A DNA stretch of 64,000 nt from Octopus vulgaris. Taxonomy: Eukaryota. Shown here in pieces: positions 11,671-26,790 of this stretch. The stretch spans positions 175,026,001-175,090,000 of the forward strand of contig OX597814.1 of assembly GCA_951406725.2 (NCBI GenBank), given 5' to 3'. Every line of letters starts with the position of its first letter. The stretch's first letter is position 1. The translations under genes and the position numbers were made by a program. The notes under the pieces were generated by a model. That model did no database searches. It was given only the letters and a program-made list of their open reading frames with translations, and had not been told where the DNA came from.

Positions 11671-14600
11671 GTAAGATTTACATTTTACAAGATATTACTC
11701 TCACGAAGTGCCATAATATTGAAAACAAGCGATTATTTTGAGGGTGACGCTCTAAATTGGATCAAAGGGGTGGGTTATATTTCTTCTTTTTCTTTGACAT
11801 AACGTCTAAACATAGCATTCTGTTTTCTTTTTGTGATCTGGACTTTAAACTTATGTTGTTCTTGTATGTTTTCGATTAAAATTTACCGTGTTTTCTTCTT
11901 TATTCGTTAAATTATTAATAACCAGTTTTACAAGTCGATAAATTTTCATTAAATTAGCCATGAGTTTTATTTTTTTATCGTTTACATATTTCTCCTCGGT
12001 AGATACTTAAAAATGTTCAACGTAAATATTTTAATCAACTTCATTCCATCTTCGTTACCAAGTTTTCGTGGTAAAATCTCTGTACGGTTTTGAATATTCT
12101 TATTTTGACACGTTTTATTTTCGAACCTGCATAATAATATTTTCATTTACGGATTTCAATTCATGCTTTTTATCTCCATCGATTCAATTCATAGATTCCT
12201 CAATAATGCTGTAAGGCCTTCAAAGTCATTCTTTATTTTAGCAGTAGTAGTAGTAGTAATAATAATAATGACACACATTATTTTGTAATGAATAATAAAT
12301 AACATTCAATAAATCATTATTTGAAGCGGGGAGGGGGGAGTATTTTTATTGTGTGCTATGTCTTGGGAAAATTCCAACTAATTTTCGTTATTGTGTTTTT
12401 TGTTTTAATTATTGTGCTGGTCTTATTTTCAAATGTTGGCCATAACATCCTTTTGCCATAGTGAAACGCCGTGCTGTGAATTGTGTACAAGTTATCGATA
12501 TGAATATAATTAGCTCTTATATATGTACTGTGTGTCGCTTGCGCTTCATTCAGAATTAGTATTTGTCTGGATTAATTTAGAAGCCAACTACATTTAATAT
12601 ACACTACACTACCCACACGTATTTCAAATCAATACATTATTATAGGCCCTGGATATAGACTTAATTGTACAACTGCATTGAATTTCTTACGTTTAAAAAA
12701 TTCTTGTATAGTTATTATTAATGCCTGCATTACTCGAAGCACTACAAATATTGAAATAACTAATTTACACACATACACATATGTTATATGTATGTATGTG
12801 TATTTTACATGAATATTTTTGGCTGAAATATTTTTATTTAAATCTATAAATTAGTAAAATTTTTCGAAAGTATATACAAATATAGTTGAATTTATACATT
12901 TATTCAAGTCTATACACACACGCATATATATATATATATATATTCGTAGCTTCATTACTCAAGATCACTGTTTATATATTTCCTCTTTCAGTGTGCAGTT
13001 CTCCATTGAGTAACAATTTAGTTTCTCACCAACTGCAATTTTGGTTTGGAATAGTTATTGTACCTTTACTTTGAAATATGAGTTAATTACTTCCTCGACA
13101 GTTAATAGATGAACACTCGAAGAGGGGTGGGTCCACATGAACCACAGCCATGTTGTCGATTAACGTGTCATCTAGTTTGTAGTTCTTTTTTTCTTTTTCC
13201 TTTCTCGAATTCGTGTAGCTACATCCTTGCATCCATTATTGAATTCATTCATTTATTATCGTTTCTTGTTTGAGTTTTTCAGAACGATTCACCCGATTGC
13301 CCGTATACAAAGCTATTTGCATTGTTTTATGCAAACATTCTGAGATGCGGAATATATTTTAAAGACAACTATACTCTATAATAAACTTGTAAGGATGAAT
13401 AAGAAATATATTTATGAACATGAATATGTGCATATTTATAATTCCAGTGAAAATATTTACATGTCTTCCACCGAAAAATGTTTTTTTTTTATATCCTGCA
13501 AGATTCTTGACAGTAAACCATTTTAATAAGATCATGATTTTGAGAGATGAAACATTTTTCAATATTTACATTAATATTTACATTTATTGGTTTGATCTCC
13601 GATTCTCATCAGGTGTCTTATTCATGGATATGCATATCGTGACACAATAATTTCTAAACTAAGGGTGATAACGTTCTTAGTTGATTTCAAAGAGTATCAA
13701 AATATACGCAAGATAAATAAACCAATTAAGGGCGAAGGTAAAGAATACGCACACCACCCGTTTTCGGTGGTTAAACCTAGGGTTAAGATTACGTCGAAAA
13801 CTGCTGTGCTATTCTTTACTTCCACCTCAATTAAGATTAATTAAATATTTTAATTAAATATTTTTCATAGTTTATCGAATATATATATTTAATAAGGAAT
13901 ATTGTATCTACGTTTATAATATATCACTTGAAACGAGGAAGAAAAGCAGTACCATGCCACTATGAAAAACACTTAGGTAAATCAGTTTATGGTTGCCAAT
14001 AATTACAATTAATAAATTGTTCAAATTAGAACTTAATTTTCTAGAAATCAACTACATTGAGGTAGTCTAACAGTCAAAGTATATAAGAAACATTTTTCAT
14101 CTTACTTTAATTTGGGATTTTGACATATGGTATCTTTGTTTTCTGAGAGAACATTGTATACCATTCAGATCCAACATATTATTTTACTGTATTATTTTAC
14201 ATTATTACCATCGCAAAATGAATTCACCTTTAGTTGTTCCACATGTCAGCTGTTTGTATCAATTTTCACGCTCATTATCTTGACACACAGGCCACATTTT
14301 TTCTTTGAATGTTGTCTTTTACATTGCACTTATTTATCCCTTTACTCTCTCTCTCACTCACACGCACAACTTTTACGATCTTCAGTTGGTCAAAATTAAT
14401 GTTATTCTGACAAGTATTTTTATTAGCAATCCTTTGAAGTTTTGTGTTTATCGATTAGATCAAAATGAAAGCTTTTGAGTATTTAGAAACCAGCGTTTGC
14501 TTGCTAGAAGCATGGTGACACAGATCTTTTCCAGTTGTTGGTTGAGAATTATTTGCTCACCAATTCTGTTTCGTGAAAAATACAACTTATATTCATAAAC

Positions 14601-17600
14601 TTTGAAAAATCTTCACATTTTGATATTAATTTGGCTTCATTTTGGAAAATATATTATTAAAATTAACATCTTTGCATATTTCAAATGGAAAAGGAGACTG
14701 GATAGAAGATTACTGAGAACTTTTGATTAGAGATTATTTGTAAAATGTTGAGAACTGATCGCATGAAAATGATGCTCTATTTTACGAGAGATAGCGAGCT
14801 ACTTGAAAAGAAAATTAAATCTTATAGTTAATTAATGAAATTGTTTATTTTCTTTCATGTATCTGTTGGGCAGAAGAAATGTTATGGTCTTATATATTTT
14901 AGACAACAACAATGGAAGCAGTACTGCATCAGTTGATGTTTTTTTCCATCTTGCTTGAGCTAAAATCTTTTAGAACTAACTTTGTATTTGTGTGGGATAT
15001 GTAAAATATTTACCTGTTGTATATTGACCATTGGCAAAAGCAGCAATAGGTATTGCCTAAGGAATCCTATATTTCTTGAATGAAAATTCACTTAAATTAT
15101 ATTTTCTTTGATGGTGGTGGCATGGGGCCATGCACTGTAACAGCACATCACTGCATCCACCATTTGTAGATGATTCCCTTCTCCTGGCAGGTGACAACCC
15201 TCCAATTCATAGGTTTGTTTGGGTAGTCATTTGCTGGCGAGGGTTTATGAGGTTGGAGTGCAAACCCTATTTCAGCCTCTATTAGTTGCCTTTTACAACA
15301 CACAGTGGAAACATTGAATCTATTCTTTGACATGCTGGTCCCCACAGCTTTTGATGAATGGAACCATATTAGTTTCAGATTTTGGCACAATGCCAGCATT
15401 TTCAGAGGAGGGTGTAGGTTGATTATGTTGACCCCTGTGCTCAGGTGGTACTTTATTGATCTTGAAATAATGAAAGCTTAAGTTGACATTGGCAGAATTT
15501 GAACTTGGAATGTAAAGACAGATGAAATGCTACAAAGCATTTAGCCTGGCATGCTAATGATTCTGTCAGCTCATTGTATTAATGAGTGAAATTATATTAA
15601 CAATGACTTATCTAAACTTTGTAATCTATCCTTGGCTTGGCAACGGATAAATAATCTGAAGGCAAAAAAAGAAAATATAATTATAAAAGAAAGATAACAA
15701 AAATTCTGAAGGAATATAAAAAAAGTTCATACCAACCAAATAGATAATTTTGTGAAGTACAGGTATATTAAATACATAGCTCATTTGAAAAAGGGGCCTC
15801 TGTGGATAGTTCTTTTTCTCATTATATTGAAAATGAAGTCAGTAGAAAGACCTGTATTTAGTAGTTTAGTTCCAGGTTAGCCCTGATGAATGAAGGTTTT
15901 TCCAAATGTGTCTATCCCCTTGTTTTCAAGAATAGTGTGCTTTTTCCTTTTTTACAACAGTAGGCTGTGAAAGGAAAATTTAACTGTTATTTTTAACAGG
16001 GTAACTGACTACATAGAGGCTCTTTCATAAGCTTGAAATATATTCAATTTTCATTTTGGGAAATACTGCTATATAGGATTAATGCTTCAGGATACATTAA
16101 AAAAAATGATTTTTTTTCTTGAAATTAAAGGTATTGCAGATTTTTCAATTCTGTGACATTTCTTTAATAAAAGATCTTAAAATGAATCTATAATGGCAGA
16201 TGTCTCAATCTACATCTTACATTAAAGTCAGTAGTCTCTCCTTGAATTTTTGGAAAGTTTCCTAAAAATGTCCATGCACATATTGATTTGAATTCACACA
16301 CAATTTGTTTCTTTGTATATGATTTTTTCTCTCTGTATGTACAAGCATATCCTTGCTCAAGTCTATAGATTTATCCATATACACGCACACACACATCTTA
16401 GCATACAATGTATGATTATATGTGTGTGTGTGTACGCATGCATAATCTGTTAAATCTTAGATTTGTAACCTCTGTTAATGATTTAGACATTCTTCTAATC
16501 ATTTCTGTTTCTTCACATGTTCACACTAAAACTTGTAAACATCTGTGAATTAGTAAAATGTTCTTGGTTCTAAACCATGTATTTTGAGGAAGAAATGCTT
16601 TTAGAAGGAAGCAGTTCTTCCAAAACCAGTTGTAAATTTAATCATATTTAATTGCATAACAAAATTATTTTAATTAAAATATTGGTTTTTAGAATTAGGA
16701 TTCTAATTTTTGAAAATAAATTATCAAGAAGTTAATCTCAAGGGAATGATGAGTCATCACCTTTTTATTGTCAATAAAAATGTAAATATAAGAGAAATCC
16801 AGATAATGTGAGAAAATTAATTTTTTGTCATAACAAAAAAAAAATGCAAGGAAATAGTGTATCATCATCCTTTAACATCCATGCTGACATGAGTAAGATA
16901 GTATGACAGGATCCAATTGGTCTGAAGACTGCATTGTACTCCAATATCTGTTTTGTTATGATTTCTATAGCTGGATGCCTTTCTAAAGCCAATCACTTTA
17001 CGGTGTGTACTAGATGCTTCCATAGAGAGGGAGATGGCTTTATGCTAGGAGATGATGGGTTAAAAAGAGCAAGAAGGGGCCAGAACAGAAAAGGTTTCTT
17101 GCTGTTGGGGAGCTACATGCTTATTCACATTATAGAAGAAAGGGCATGGGAGTGGATGAGGTAGAAATGGAAAGAGATAAAAATAGTAGTCATAAGTTGT
17201 TAAAGTGGACCCTCAAGATTCAAGGTGAGCAGAAGATTGTGTGGGACAGTGAAAGATAGAGATGGGGATTGAGAGATAGTGTGAATGTTATGAACAAGTG
17301 TTGAAGGATGATAGCTGGGAGAAGTAAGGAAAAGTATGTGTCAACTATAGAAATTAAGCAGGGTTGAAGAGGTTTGAAGGGTAACCAATGACACATGAGT
17401 AGAGGAGAGGACTGAGTGCAGAAAAGATGGGGTGGTGAAGAGCAGCACAATAGTAATGACACAGTAGACAGCATGGCAGGGGAGGAAGAGGAGATAAGTG
17501 GTTAGGTATGTTGTGAGAGTGTGGAACAAACAGTGAAGGGCAGGGAGATGAATGGTGATGAAGGAAAGTGATCAATATAAAATATGAGTGGAGAGGACAG

Positions 17601-18059
17601 TATCAATAAAGGTTTTGAATTTTTGTACAGGGCCAGTAATTTTGAGAGAGGGGTTAAGTCATTTATATAGACCCTAGTGTTCAACTGGTACTTATTTTAT
17701 TGACCCTGAAAGGCAAAGTCGATCTCAGCAGAATTTGAACTTGGAATGTAAAGATGGACGAAATGTTGCTAAGCATCGCCAGCTAGCTGCCTTGAGGACA
17801 GTATTGATAATAAAAGCTAGATAGATAGTGAAATGGCTCTGAGTAGTAAGTGGAGTAAATGGTATTGGGGAGAAAAAAGCTGAAATATGCAGTTTTACTT
17901 GTATTTGATTGGAGCAGCAGACGAATGTAGTTAGATAAGTGGTGGGAATGTCTTGAGAAATTTGATTGGGAGAGGGGCAGTTGTGCATATATACATACAT
18001 TATGCTTCCAGAATCATAGTTTCTCCAACATGGGTGGGTTTTATTGTGACTTGCAAATG

Positions 18060-19040
18060 GCTAGATATCCCAGTTCTTTGTCATGTCCATGAAGCTCAGG
18101 GTCCTGTGGTGACTTCACCACTTTGTCTTGTGTCTTCCTGAGTCTCCCTCTTCTGCAAACTCTATCCACATTGAGTTGCACTTCTTTGTACAGCTGCTTT
18201 CATCCAAATGTACATGTCCATACCAGCACATTCTTTCTTGCATACTTCATCTGATTCCTGTTGTGCCTAGTTTTTCTTTTAATGCATTAGTACTTTGTCA
18301 TTTAGGCAAACTTATGTTGCACATTCAGTGGAGCAAGCTAGCTTCATTTCTTTCCAGTCTTTTCAAAAATCTGCATTTAAGGGCTATGTCTCACTACAAG
18401 GCAGCATTGCAGTTCTGACCACAGGCATCATATAGTCTGCCCTTCATTCTGATGGAAAGGACCTTTGTTGCTAGCAATGATGTAAGCTCCCTGTTCTTAT
18501 CTTGGCTACTATATTTTAAAAGCCACCACCTCCCCTGCTAATTACATGTCCTAAGTAACAAAAGTTTTCAACTACTTTTAGTGAGCCATCTACGCATTTA
18601 AGATCCATTTTCAGTGTACTCAAAGTACATATTACTCCAATACATCTATCATATATGAAGCTTATGTTCTCTGTTAGTCTACCTATGATTTTACTACACT
18701 TCTTGTGTGTTCATAGCTTACATTGTGTACGGCATATGAAGTTTATATTTACTTTTCTGTGTATCAAGCAAGGCCATTTCTCTGAAGATACTAGGATCCT
18801 ATCTTCTTTCGTACTTACTAAAATCTTAGTTTTTGCTAAGTTTACCTTGAGACCCCTTGATTTTAGGTTTAGCTTCCATGCCTGAAATTTCTTGTCTACT
18901 TACCCTATAGATTCAACTATTTGAATTAGAGCATTAGTATATAGGAGTTCCAATCGACAACTAGTAATAAACTTTTCTGTGAAGGTCTATAGAGGCTTCA
19001 TGAAGTGGAGAGGACTGAAGACTGAACCTTGATAGACTTG
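18060..19040 (-). mobile_element. Decayed RTE LINE (RT C-terminal half)
   Basis: Reverse complement is colinear with about 27390-28400 (KGLKVNLAKTK, Cys cluster, KGRLYDAC, NEAS motifs), with many lesions. Confidence 0.82.
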
Positions 19041-20554
19041 AAGCAGCTAAGCATTTATTTTGCCTTTTTCTGTTAGTTGTTTCAGCTGTTAGATTGCAGT
19101 CATGCTGGGGCACTGCTTTGAAGTATTTTAGTCGAATGAATTGACCCCAGTGATTATTGTTTTTAAGCCTAGTACTTATTTTATTGTTCTCTTTTTGCTA
19201 AACTGCTAAGTTACAGGGATGTAACCACACCAACATTAGTTGTCAAGCGATGGTGGGGACAAACTGAAAGACACACAATGATGGGCTTCTTTCAATTCCT
19301 GTCTAGCAAATCTACTCACAAAGCCTGAGACTACAGTAGAAGACACTTGCACAAGGTACCATGTAGTGGGATTGAATTTGGAACCATTATTGTAAATGTT
19401 TTATATCTCATTATTTTTAATTTTGATGACTCTACTTTTAATTTAGATTGTTAATGTAAAGTTATTGGATAAAAGTGCCATTTCCCTCCTGGTTTAAAAG
19501 ATATTTGCATAAGCCAATGTACCATTAGATTTAGTAGGGAGTTATATATAGAACAGTCCTTGTTTAATTTGAATGAAAGATGAGGTTGTTCTATTACCAT
19601 TGTCTTAATTTAGTTTTGTGCCTCTGTAATGCAATTTATAATTTTATTAACAGCATTGTATTTCCCTGAAGATTCGGTTTTGGGATTTGTTCATGCCACA
19701 TTCTTGGCAATATTATTTGTTAATGAGGTCTGACTGCAGGTAGACTCTATTGGGATAAAAACAGGTTTTTAAACTTTTTTCTACTATCAGTATATAAAAG
19801 TAAGTACGGTCAGTCTTTCAACTGACCTTACTGTATTAGTTCATAAATTATGATTGAATATCGTAAGTTGAAAAATATTTCTTACAACTTTATAATTTCA
19901 GTTTGTAGATGCTATGATTATTCCCAAATATTTGAATAAAATTTCTGCACATTCAGTTAATTTCTTTCATTAAAAGCATATTTCACTATAAGACATTTAT
20001 GATATGGATGTAGCTGTGTAGTTAAGTTTGCTTTGCAACCACATAATTTTGGATTTAGATCCATTGTGTTGAACCTTGGGCAAGTGTATTCTTCTATAAC
20101 CCTGGGTCAACCAAAGCTTTGTGAATGGATGTTTGTGTGTGTATGTGTATATATGTATATGTACAAATATGTATTGGACAATGGACATTAAATAATAATG
20201 ATATATATCTTTTGTCTCATTTGTCATTAGACTGCTGCCTTGAAGAATTTTAGTTGAATGAATTGACCCTAGTACTTTTTCTTTTAAGCCTGGTACTTAT
20301 CCTATCAATCTCATTTATGGGGACATAAACACACCAACACTGGTTGTTAAGCGGTGATGGCGGAGGATAAACACAGAAACAAAGATGCACACACATAGAT
20401 ATATACATATATATATATATACATAAATAGCAATCTCAAGATTAATCAGCCGAAATTGCGAGGATGATCCAGTTCTTGACTAAAGATACAAGGCTTTGAA
20501 TGACCCGTCCGTGTTTTTTGTATCGTCTATCTGAATGTTTTGTTGTCCCATTTT

Positions 20555-20578
20555 GTATTTATCTATCTATCTATCTAT

Positions 20579-20647
<69 letters not shown>

Positions 20648-20691
20648 CACGCACACACACACACTCACATACATGCACATACATACATACA
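20555..20691. repeat. Compound microsatellite (TATC)n-(CA)n-(CACG)n
   Basis: Directly visible; source of the THTHARTHA ORFs. Confidence 0.95.
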
Positions 20692-22560
20692 ATGGGCATT
20701 CTTCAGTGACTGTCTACCATATCCACTCACAAGGCTTTGGTTGGCCCAAGGCTATAGCAGAACACACTTGCCCAAGGTGCCATGCAGTGGAGCTGAATCG
20801 AGAACCATGTGGTTGGGAAGCAAGCTTACCACACAGCCATACCTGCACCTATTATATGCCCACACACATTTGTGTTTGTATTATTCTTTGCCTTTACTTC
20901 ATGCGATAGTTGTAAATGAATGTCACTGTCATGCATATGGTGTCCTTCATTGTCAGTCTTCTGTGAAAATATATCTAGTTGTGGGGAAATATTGCCTTAC
21001 CTGCAAACTGATGAGGGTTGGTTGCAGGAAGGGCATGCAGCTGTAGAAAATCTGCCTCAGTGCATTCCATCTCACCCATGTGAGCATGGTTAACTGGACA
21101 TTAAAATGATGCTGATTTTGATGGTTTTCAAACATTTGCAACCAATTATATAGATATTTTGAATTTTTAGTTAATAGATACTAAAAAAGGAAAAAAAAAA
21201 TTAACCCGCCTGAATTTGTTCCATTAGACTAATTTTTGAGAGTCACTAGGTTAACTACATATGTAAAAAAATGGATTTATTCCTGGAAGTCACATTGCTG
21301 AGTAGAATAAAGCAGTAACATATCCAATGCATTATGTTAAAACTACATTAATTGAATTGTATCTCATAGGAGTGAGGTCAGACTTTAGTAGGTTAGGTTT
21401 CACAAATGAGATGATAAAAGTCTGACAAATACCATAATCTACCCATGATAGCTTTGGAAAATAAATGGTGAAATGTTGATGTTTATAGTTAAGTTTTCCT
21501 GAAGAAAGCTTATATATTAATTTTATTAGATAATTAATGTACAGGCATTGCTTTGTTGTTCAGTCCCATTGTATGGTTTTTTTGGGCGAGTGTCTTCTAT
21601 AGACTCAGGCCAACTTAAAGCCTTCTAAGTGGATATGGTAAACTGAAACTGTCTCCATTTTCTTGTGTGAGTGAGTTTGTATTTTACCTCATCTACACAT
21701 GTTCTGTGGTTTGTAAACAATGATGTCACTGACAATGTTGTTTGCTTGCAGTCAGCTATGAAAGCATGTCTGGGCTGTTTGTTGTTCAGTTGTCTGGAAG
21801 GTTATTACCTTGCTTGAAAACAGGTTGAGTGGGGTTGGCAAACTGACAGAAATGGCATCTGGCTGTTGAAAACTTTGTCCTGATGTAAGTGCAACCAACA
21901 GGAGGAAAGTAAACATTAAAGCAATAATGAAACTGATCTCTACATTCCAAACTTTAACCTCAGTCTTCTCTTTGTTGAATAGACTACAATTAATTGTATT
22001 TGAGCTATGATCATCTGTCTTTTTAAAGATTAGGATTATCTTATGTATTCTTCCTGTTTTTTTTTTTTTTTGAGGCGGTAGGATGTGATTTGAGGGAATT
22101 TTAGCTACTATTTTTAGTAAGTCAAGCAACCATGCAGGGACTCCTTTTTTAGTTTGACATTCCAGAATTGTTAAAAGTGATGAAATATGGACACGTTTTT
22201 TCTCAATTTCACATTCCTTTTTCTAGTAGCATAAATGGGCTATTTTATGAAATTTTTAGTATTTGCATTTAAAGTGAATGAGTGTTCTCCATTTACATAC
22301 TCATTTTAGCAATCTTTTACTTGCAGCAGAAGTGATACATATTAACTTAAAATTTTAACTCGTGATAAAATTTAAAGATGCAAGCATGGGTGTGTGGTTG
22401 GGAACTATGTGGTCTTGGGTTCAGTCCCACTGTGTGACACTTTGGGCAAGTGTCTTCCACTATAGCCCTGTGCTACTAAAACCTTGTGAGTAGATTTGGT
22501 ACATTGAAACTGAAAAGAAGTCCATTGTGTGTGAATGTATATATTTATATTTTGTATGTG

Positions 22561-22592
<32 letters not shown>

Positions 22593-22597
<5 letters not shown>

Positions 22598-23851
22598 GTT
22601 GGACAAAATAATGGAAACGCCTTAAAATTTCAAACAAATTTATTTTAATATGGGGTAGGATCGCCTTTGGCGGTAGTTATAGCTTATAGCTTGAATTCTT
22701 TGAGGTATGGACTTGTACAAAGTTTGAATTGTTTCCAAAGGAATTTTTGTCCATTCTTCAGCTAAAACAGTCTCCAGTTCTTGTTGTGATGATGGTGGAG
22801 GATATCAACTCCTTACTTGTTTTTCTAAAATGCACCATAAATGTTTAATAATATTGAGATCTGGGGACTGTGGTGGCCAGATAAGATGTTCAACTTCACT
22901 AGGCTGTTCCTCGTGCCATTCAGTAACAACTTTAACTGTGTGAATTGGTGCATTATCAACTTGAAAGATTGCGTTTCTCTCCAGAAACAGTTCCACAACC
23001 ATAGGATGAATTTGATAAAATTAAATGCTTAAATAGTCTTGACTATTAATTCTGCTATGAAGGTAAACCATTGGGCCAATGTATTTCCAAGATATATCCC
23101 CCTCAGATCATCACAGATCCTTCTCCATGTTTAACAGTTGGAAGAAGGTGTTCTGGATCAAATGCTTTTTTTGGCTGTCTCCACACATATAGTCAGAAAT
23201 AAAGGCAAAGGATGACTCATCTGAGAAAACGGCATTCTTTCACTGCTCTAGGGACTAATTCTATGGGTTTTTACTCCATTCTATATGCTTTGCAATGTTT
23301 GTTTTTGAAAGTAGTGGTTTTCTGATTGCAGCCCTCCTTGAAATCTAGCTTTGTGCAGCTCCTGGCGAACAGTTTTTGTGGAAACTGGGTTCTCAAGGTG
23401 GTCATTAAGCTCTGCAGTAATTTTGGAAGCTGTAGTTTTGTGATCCCTTCTAACAATTTGCTTAAGAGTCCGACAGTTCCTATCTGAAAGTTTTGGTTTT
23501 CTTCTGGATTTTTGTTTTGATGAGGTTTTTTCCTCTTTCTCAAAGGCTGTCATTACTTTCGAGACAGTACTTCTTGATACACCATACATTTCAGTTGTTT
23601 TCGTTAAGCTAGCACCTGCCAAATGAACACCAATAATTTGACCTCTTTGAAAGTCTGATAGATCTGTCATTTTAATGAATTTTAATTGTCCTTTTCTGAT
23701 GATATCTGAAAAGAAACAGCAATTTTAGCAAAACATATTAAGCAACACTAATAATAATTCAAAAAACATAAAAATAAATAAGTTTTTGATGGTTTTACAG
23801 CTATTTCAAAATTCTGATGCTAGGTATTTCCATTATTTTGTCCAACCCCTG
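22593..23851 (-). mobile_element. Tc1-like DNA transposon, full extent, dead transposase
   Basis: TIRs (C/T)AGGGGTTGGACAAAATAATGGAAA at both ends with TA TSD; ORF pieces MTDLSDFQRGQIIG...GVSRSTVSKV (HTH, 23281-23670) and FQVDNAPIH...WPPQSPDLNIIKHLW (DD34E region with E->K, 22805-23002). Sits in the TA microsatellite of a family C SINE (head 22378-22560, tail 23853-24135). Confidence 0.93.
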
Positions 23852-26599
23852 TATGTATGTGTGTGTGTGTGTTTGTGTATATATATATATGTATATATAT
23901 ATATATTGTATGTATGTTAGTGTGTATCCTTGCCTGTGTACCATGTAATGGTTGTAAATGAGCATCATCATGCAGGTGAATGTGTTTGTTTCCATTTCTC
24001 TCTGAAAGACTTCTTGCTTGGACACAAATGAGGATTGACAACTGAAAGGGTATCTGGCCATAGAAAATCTGCCTCAGCAAATTCCATCTGACCCATGCAA
24101 GCAAGAATAATTGGACATTAAATGATGATGATGAAAGAGACAATCTAAGTAAAGTTACTGAGGCATTACAAAATGACTGAAGAAAAGTCTGAACTTATAA
24201 TCTTGAAATTAGTTGACAAAGCATCTTTTCTCATAGTCACTATTCCTGTGATAGTGTGGAGACAGACAAATATTTGTATATCAGCTGTTATACTGACAAA
24301 ACTGCTTATGAGAAAAAGGATTTGAATGGGACTAAATACCTTGATCAGAATTAAGATAACTTTCTCGGTCTGAGACAATGCAAAGCAGAATTTAGTTTGA
24401 TACTTTGTAGTGTAGATTTTACTTGGAATATATATACTTTTATAAGACATCCTTCCAAAGTCAATATAATCAAAAATATGTCATGTGAATAAATAGATGT
24501 ATAACTTTAAAAATAAATTGTTTTTGTATGAATAGAGTAAGTTAACATATTTCAACAGATGCTGACAAAAATAGCTAAAAAAAAAATGGAGTGGTTGACT
24601 TCCAAATTTATATACTTTTTGCTAATATAAGAAATAATCATAAATATAAAATGTCAGATTGACTTTTTGATGTTAATCAAATAATTTAAATGACACAAAG
24701 AGTAGAAAACATAGGAAGGAATAATGTAAATTTGACAAATAGAAAAATATGAAAGCAGTTCTAATACAAAGGTAATTTTTAGGCAATTTTTATTCTGAGA
24801 GGTGAATAAAACCCTGCCTGAGACCTTATGTTTTAAAAGTTTGTATCTAAATTTAAGCATTCCATCATCATTTAAAAAAACTTTTTGGTAAGTTCTAAAT
24901 GCCAGCTTAATGACAAAGTTTGTTATTTTACTAGATACTTCAAAATTATTTTAAAAATTAGTGTGATTTCATTAGAAATATGGTCAGTTAGATTAAAGAG
25001 AAATTATTGTAATCATTATGTAAGCAAATGATTGGATAGAATATTTGGTTGGTTATGAATTCAAATGTTACTAAGTCCTTAGGTAGATGTGTATTGCAAT
25101 GCATGCAAACATCAAACTTTGTAGGTCTAGATTGCCAGAGTTTACTTAGACTCCCACCATATTTTCTGGCCTCTGGGTACTTTTGATGGAGTTGCATTAA
25201 TCTGACCAGATGATAATCTGGTCTTTTGACATGCAGATCTCAGTGGTACTTTTCTTTACATGGTTCTACTGTTTCTCAGAGTGTGGAAATGAAAAAAGTT
25301 TCTCCACAGGAAGCCCACTATCAGATGGGGTAGGTGCCAAAACCCATGAATACTACTTCAGGAGGCTGCACATCAGCTGACATATTCTGTACCTTCATCT
25401 CTCCTTGTTTGTGACCTGTGCTCCAGTAAGCACATGATTTTAGGAAACCTATATTTAGCTGGGTTACTTAAAGAGTCTAGTGACCACTCATGAGATGTAA
25501 TCTCTCTCCTTTCTTTCTCTAACTCCATGCAGACAGTTGCATCAAGAAGTGCAGACCTCTAATTGTTGAAAGAACATGTAGGAGTAGACCCAGCAAGATG
25601 TGGGACAAAGTGGTGAGAAAAGATCTACAGATTTGGGACTAACAGAGAAGATGGCAGGGGACCCAATACTCCTGATGGTTTGCTGTACTTGAAAAGACAT
25701 GGCAAGCTAAGTAAAAGCGTGGTTACCTTTGCATACAGACTTGTCCTCTGCAACTCTCCAGCTGAGCATCCCTAATCTTGTGGGCTTGTAGGTGCTGGTT
25801 CTACCTAAAAGACACCTAGTACACTTTGTAAAGTGGTTGGTGTTAGGAATCCAAGCTAAAACAGACATGGAACCTTCAGCTGGTCAGCTCCTGTCAAACC
25901 GTCCAACCCATGCTAGCATGGAAAACAGATAAGGAACAATGAAATAAATTAAAATAGAATATGAATTAATTTTCTGGACAATTTTCTCCTCTTTTATTAG
26001 TATCTGTGAATTTTGGTCTCACCTGGACATTGCCTTTCATATTTTACTGACATACAAGCAAAACATTCATTTTACTAACACAAAACACCTCTCCTTTATC
26101 TAGCTCATCTCATACCCTCCAGACTACATTTTCTATTCCAAATCTATTCTGTACATAGAATTAACACTTTCTGCTATTCTTCTGTTTCACCTTGATATCC
26201 ACAGTAAATAATTCAGTTAATTTGGCTCAGTTTCCCTTTCTCTCTTCCTTGTGTTCACTACTATAGGTTCTCTAGATCTAAATCTATGAAAGCTATACTG
26301 CTCATAGTAGCCCCTTGCCCATAAGGTTTAATGCAAGTAATGTATTTCACTATGCCTGTCATGAAAACCTAAGTTGTATGCCTATGGATTTACCCAATAT
26401 CTTGTCTCTTTGATTGGAATGTTTCTATCAGTTTCAACCATTGTGGCATGTATTGTCAAAAACCTGCACTGCCTCCATGAACCTAGACCTAAAAAAAAAA
26501 AAATATCATCCAATGAAGATCACCAGTCACTTTCAGCAAACCAAAGTCACAGTCACTATTCATATCTAGGAAACAATCTTGTATTTTGTTTGTTGTAGT

Positions 26600-26790
26600 C
26601 TTAACTAAAACCCTGAAAGTCCTTACACAATCTCTGGTTTTCTTTCTGGTGACTCCATATAATGTAATGTAGCTAAAACTACATGCCAAATATTAGCTTT
26701 CTTTTTAGAACCAGAAAATACTTAATTTATGATCAGTTTGCTAACCTTATATAAAACTCCTCTTACTGGTCTTATATCTGGAACAGTGTT
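26600..26790 (+). mobile_element. Very old CR1/Jockey-like LINE fragment
   Basis: Frameshifted translation FLFRTRKYL...LLTLYK resembles the post-RT motif LGFL-x-R-x-x-x-YF...LL-x-LYK. Confidence 0.35.

Noticed and set aside
20500-21046. ORFs of 69-168 aa
   Set aside because: Read through a microsatellite and SINE sequence; SINE-derived pseudo-ORFs recur throughout the window.
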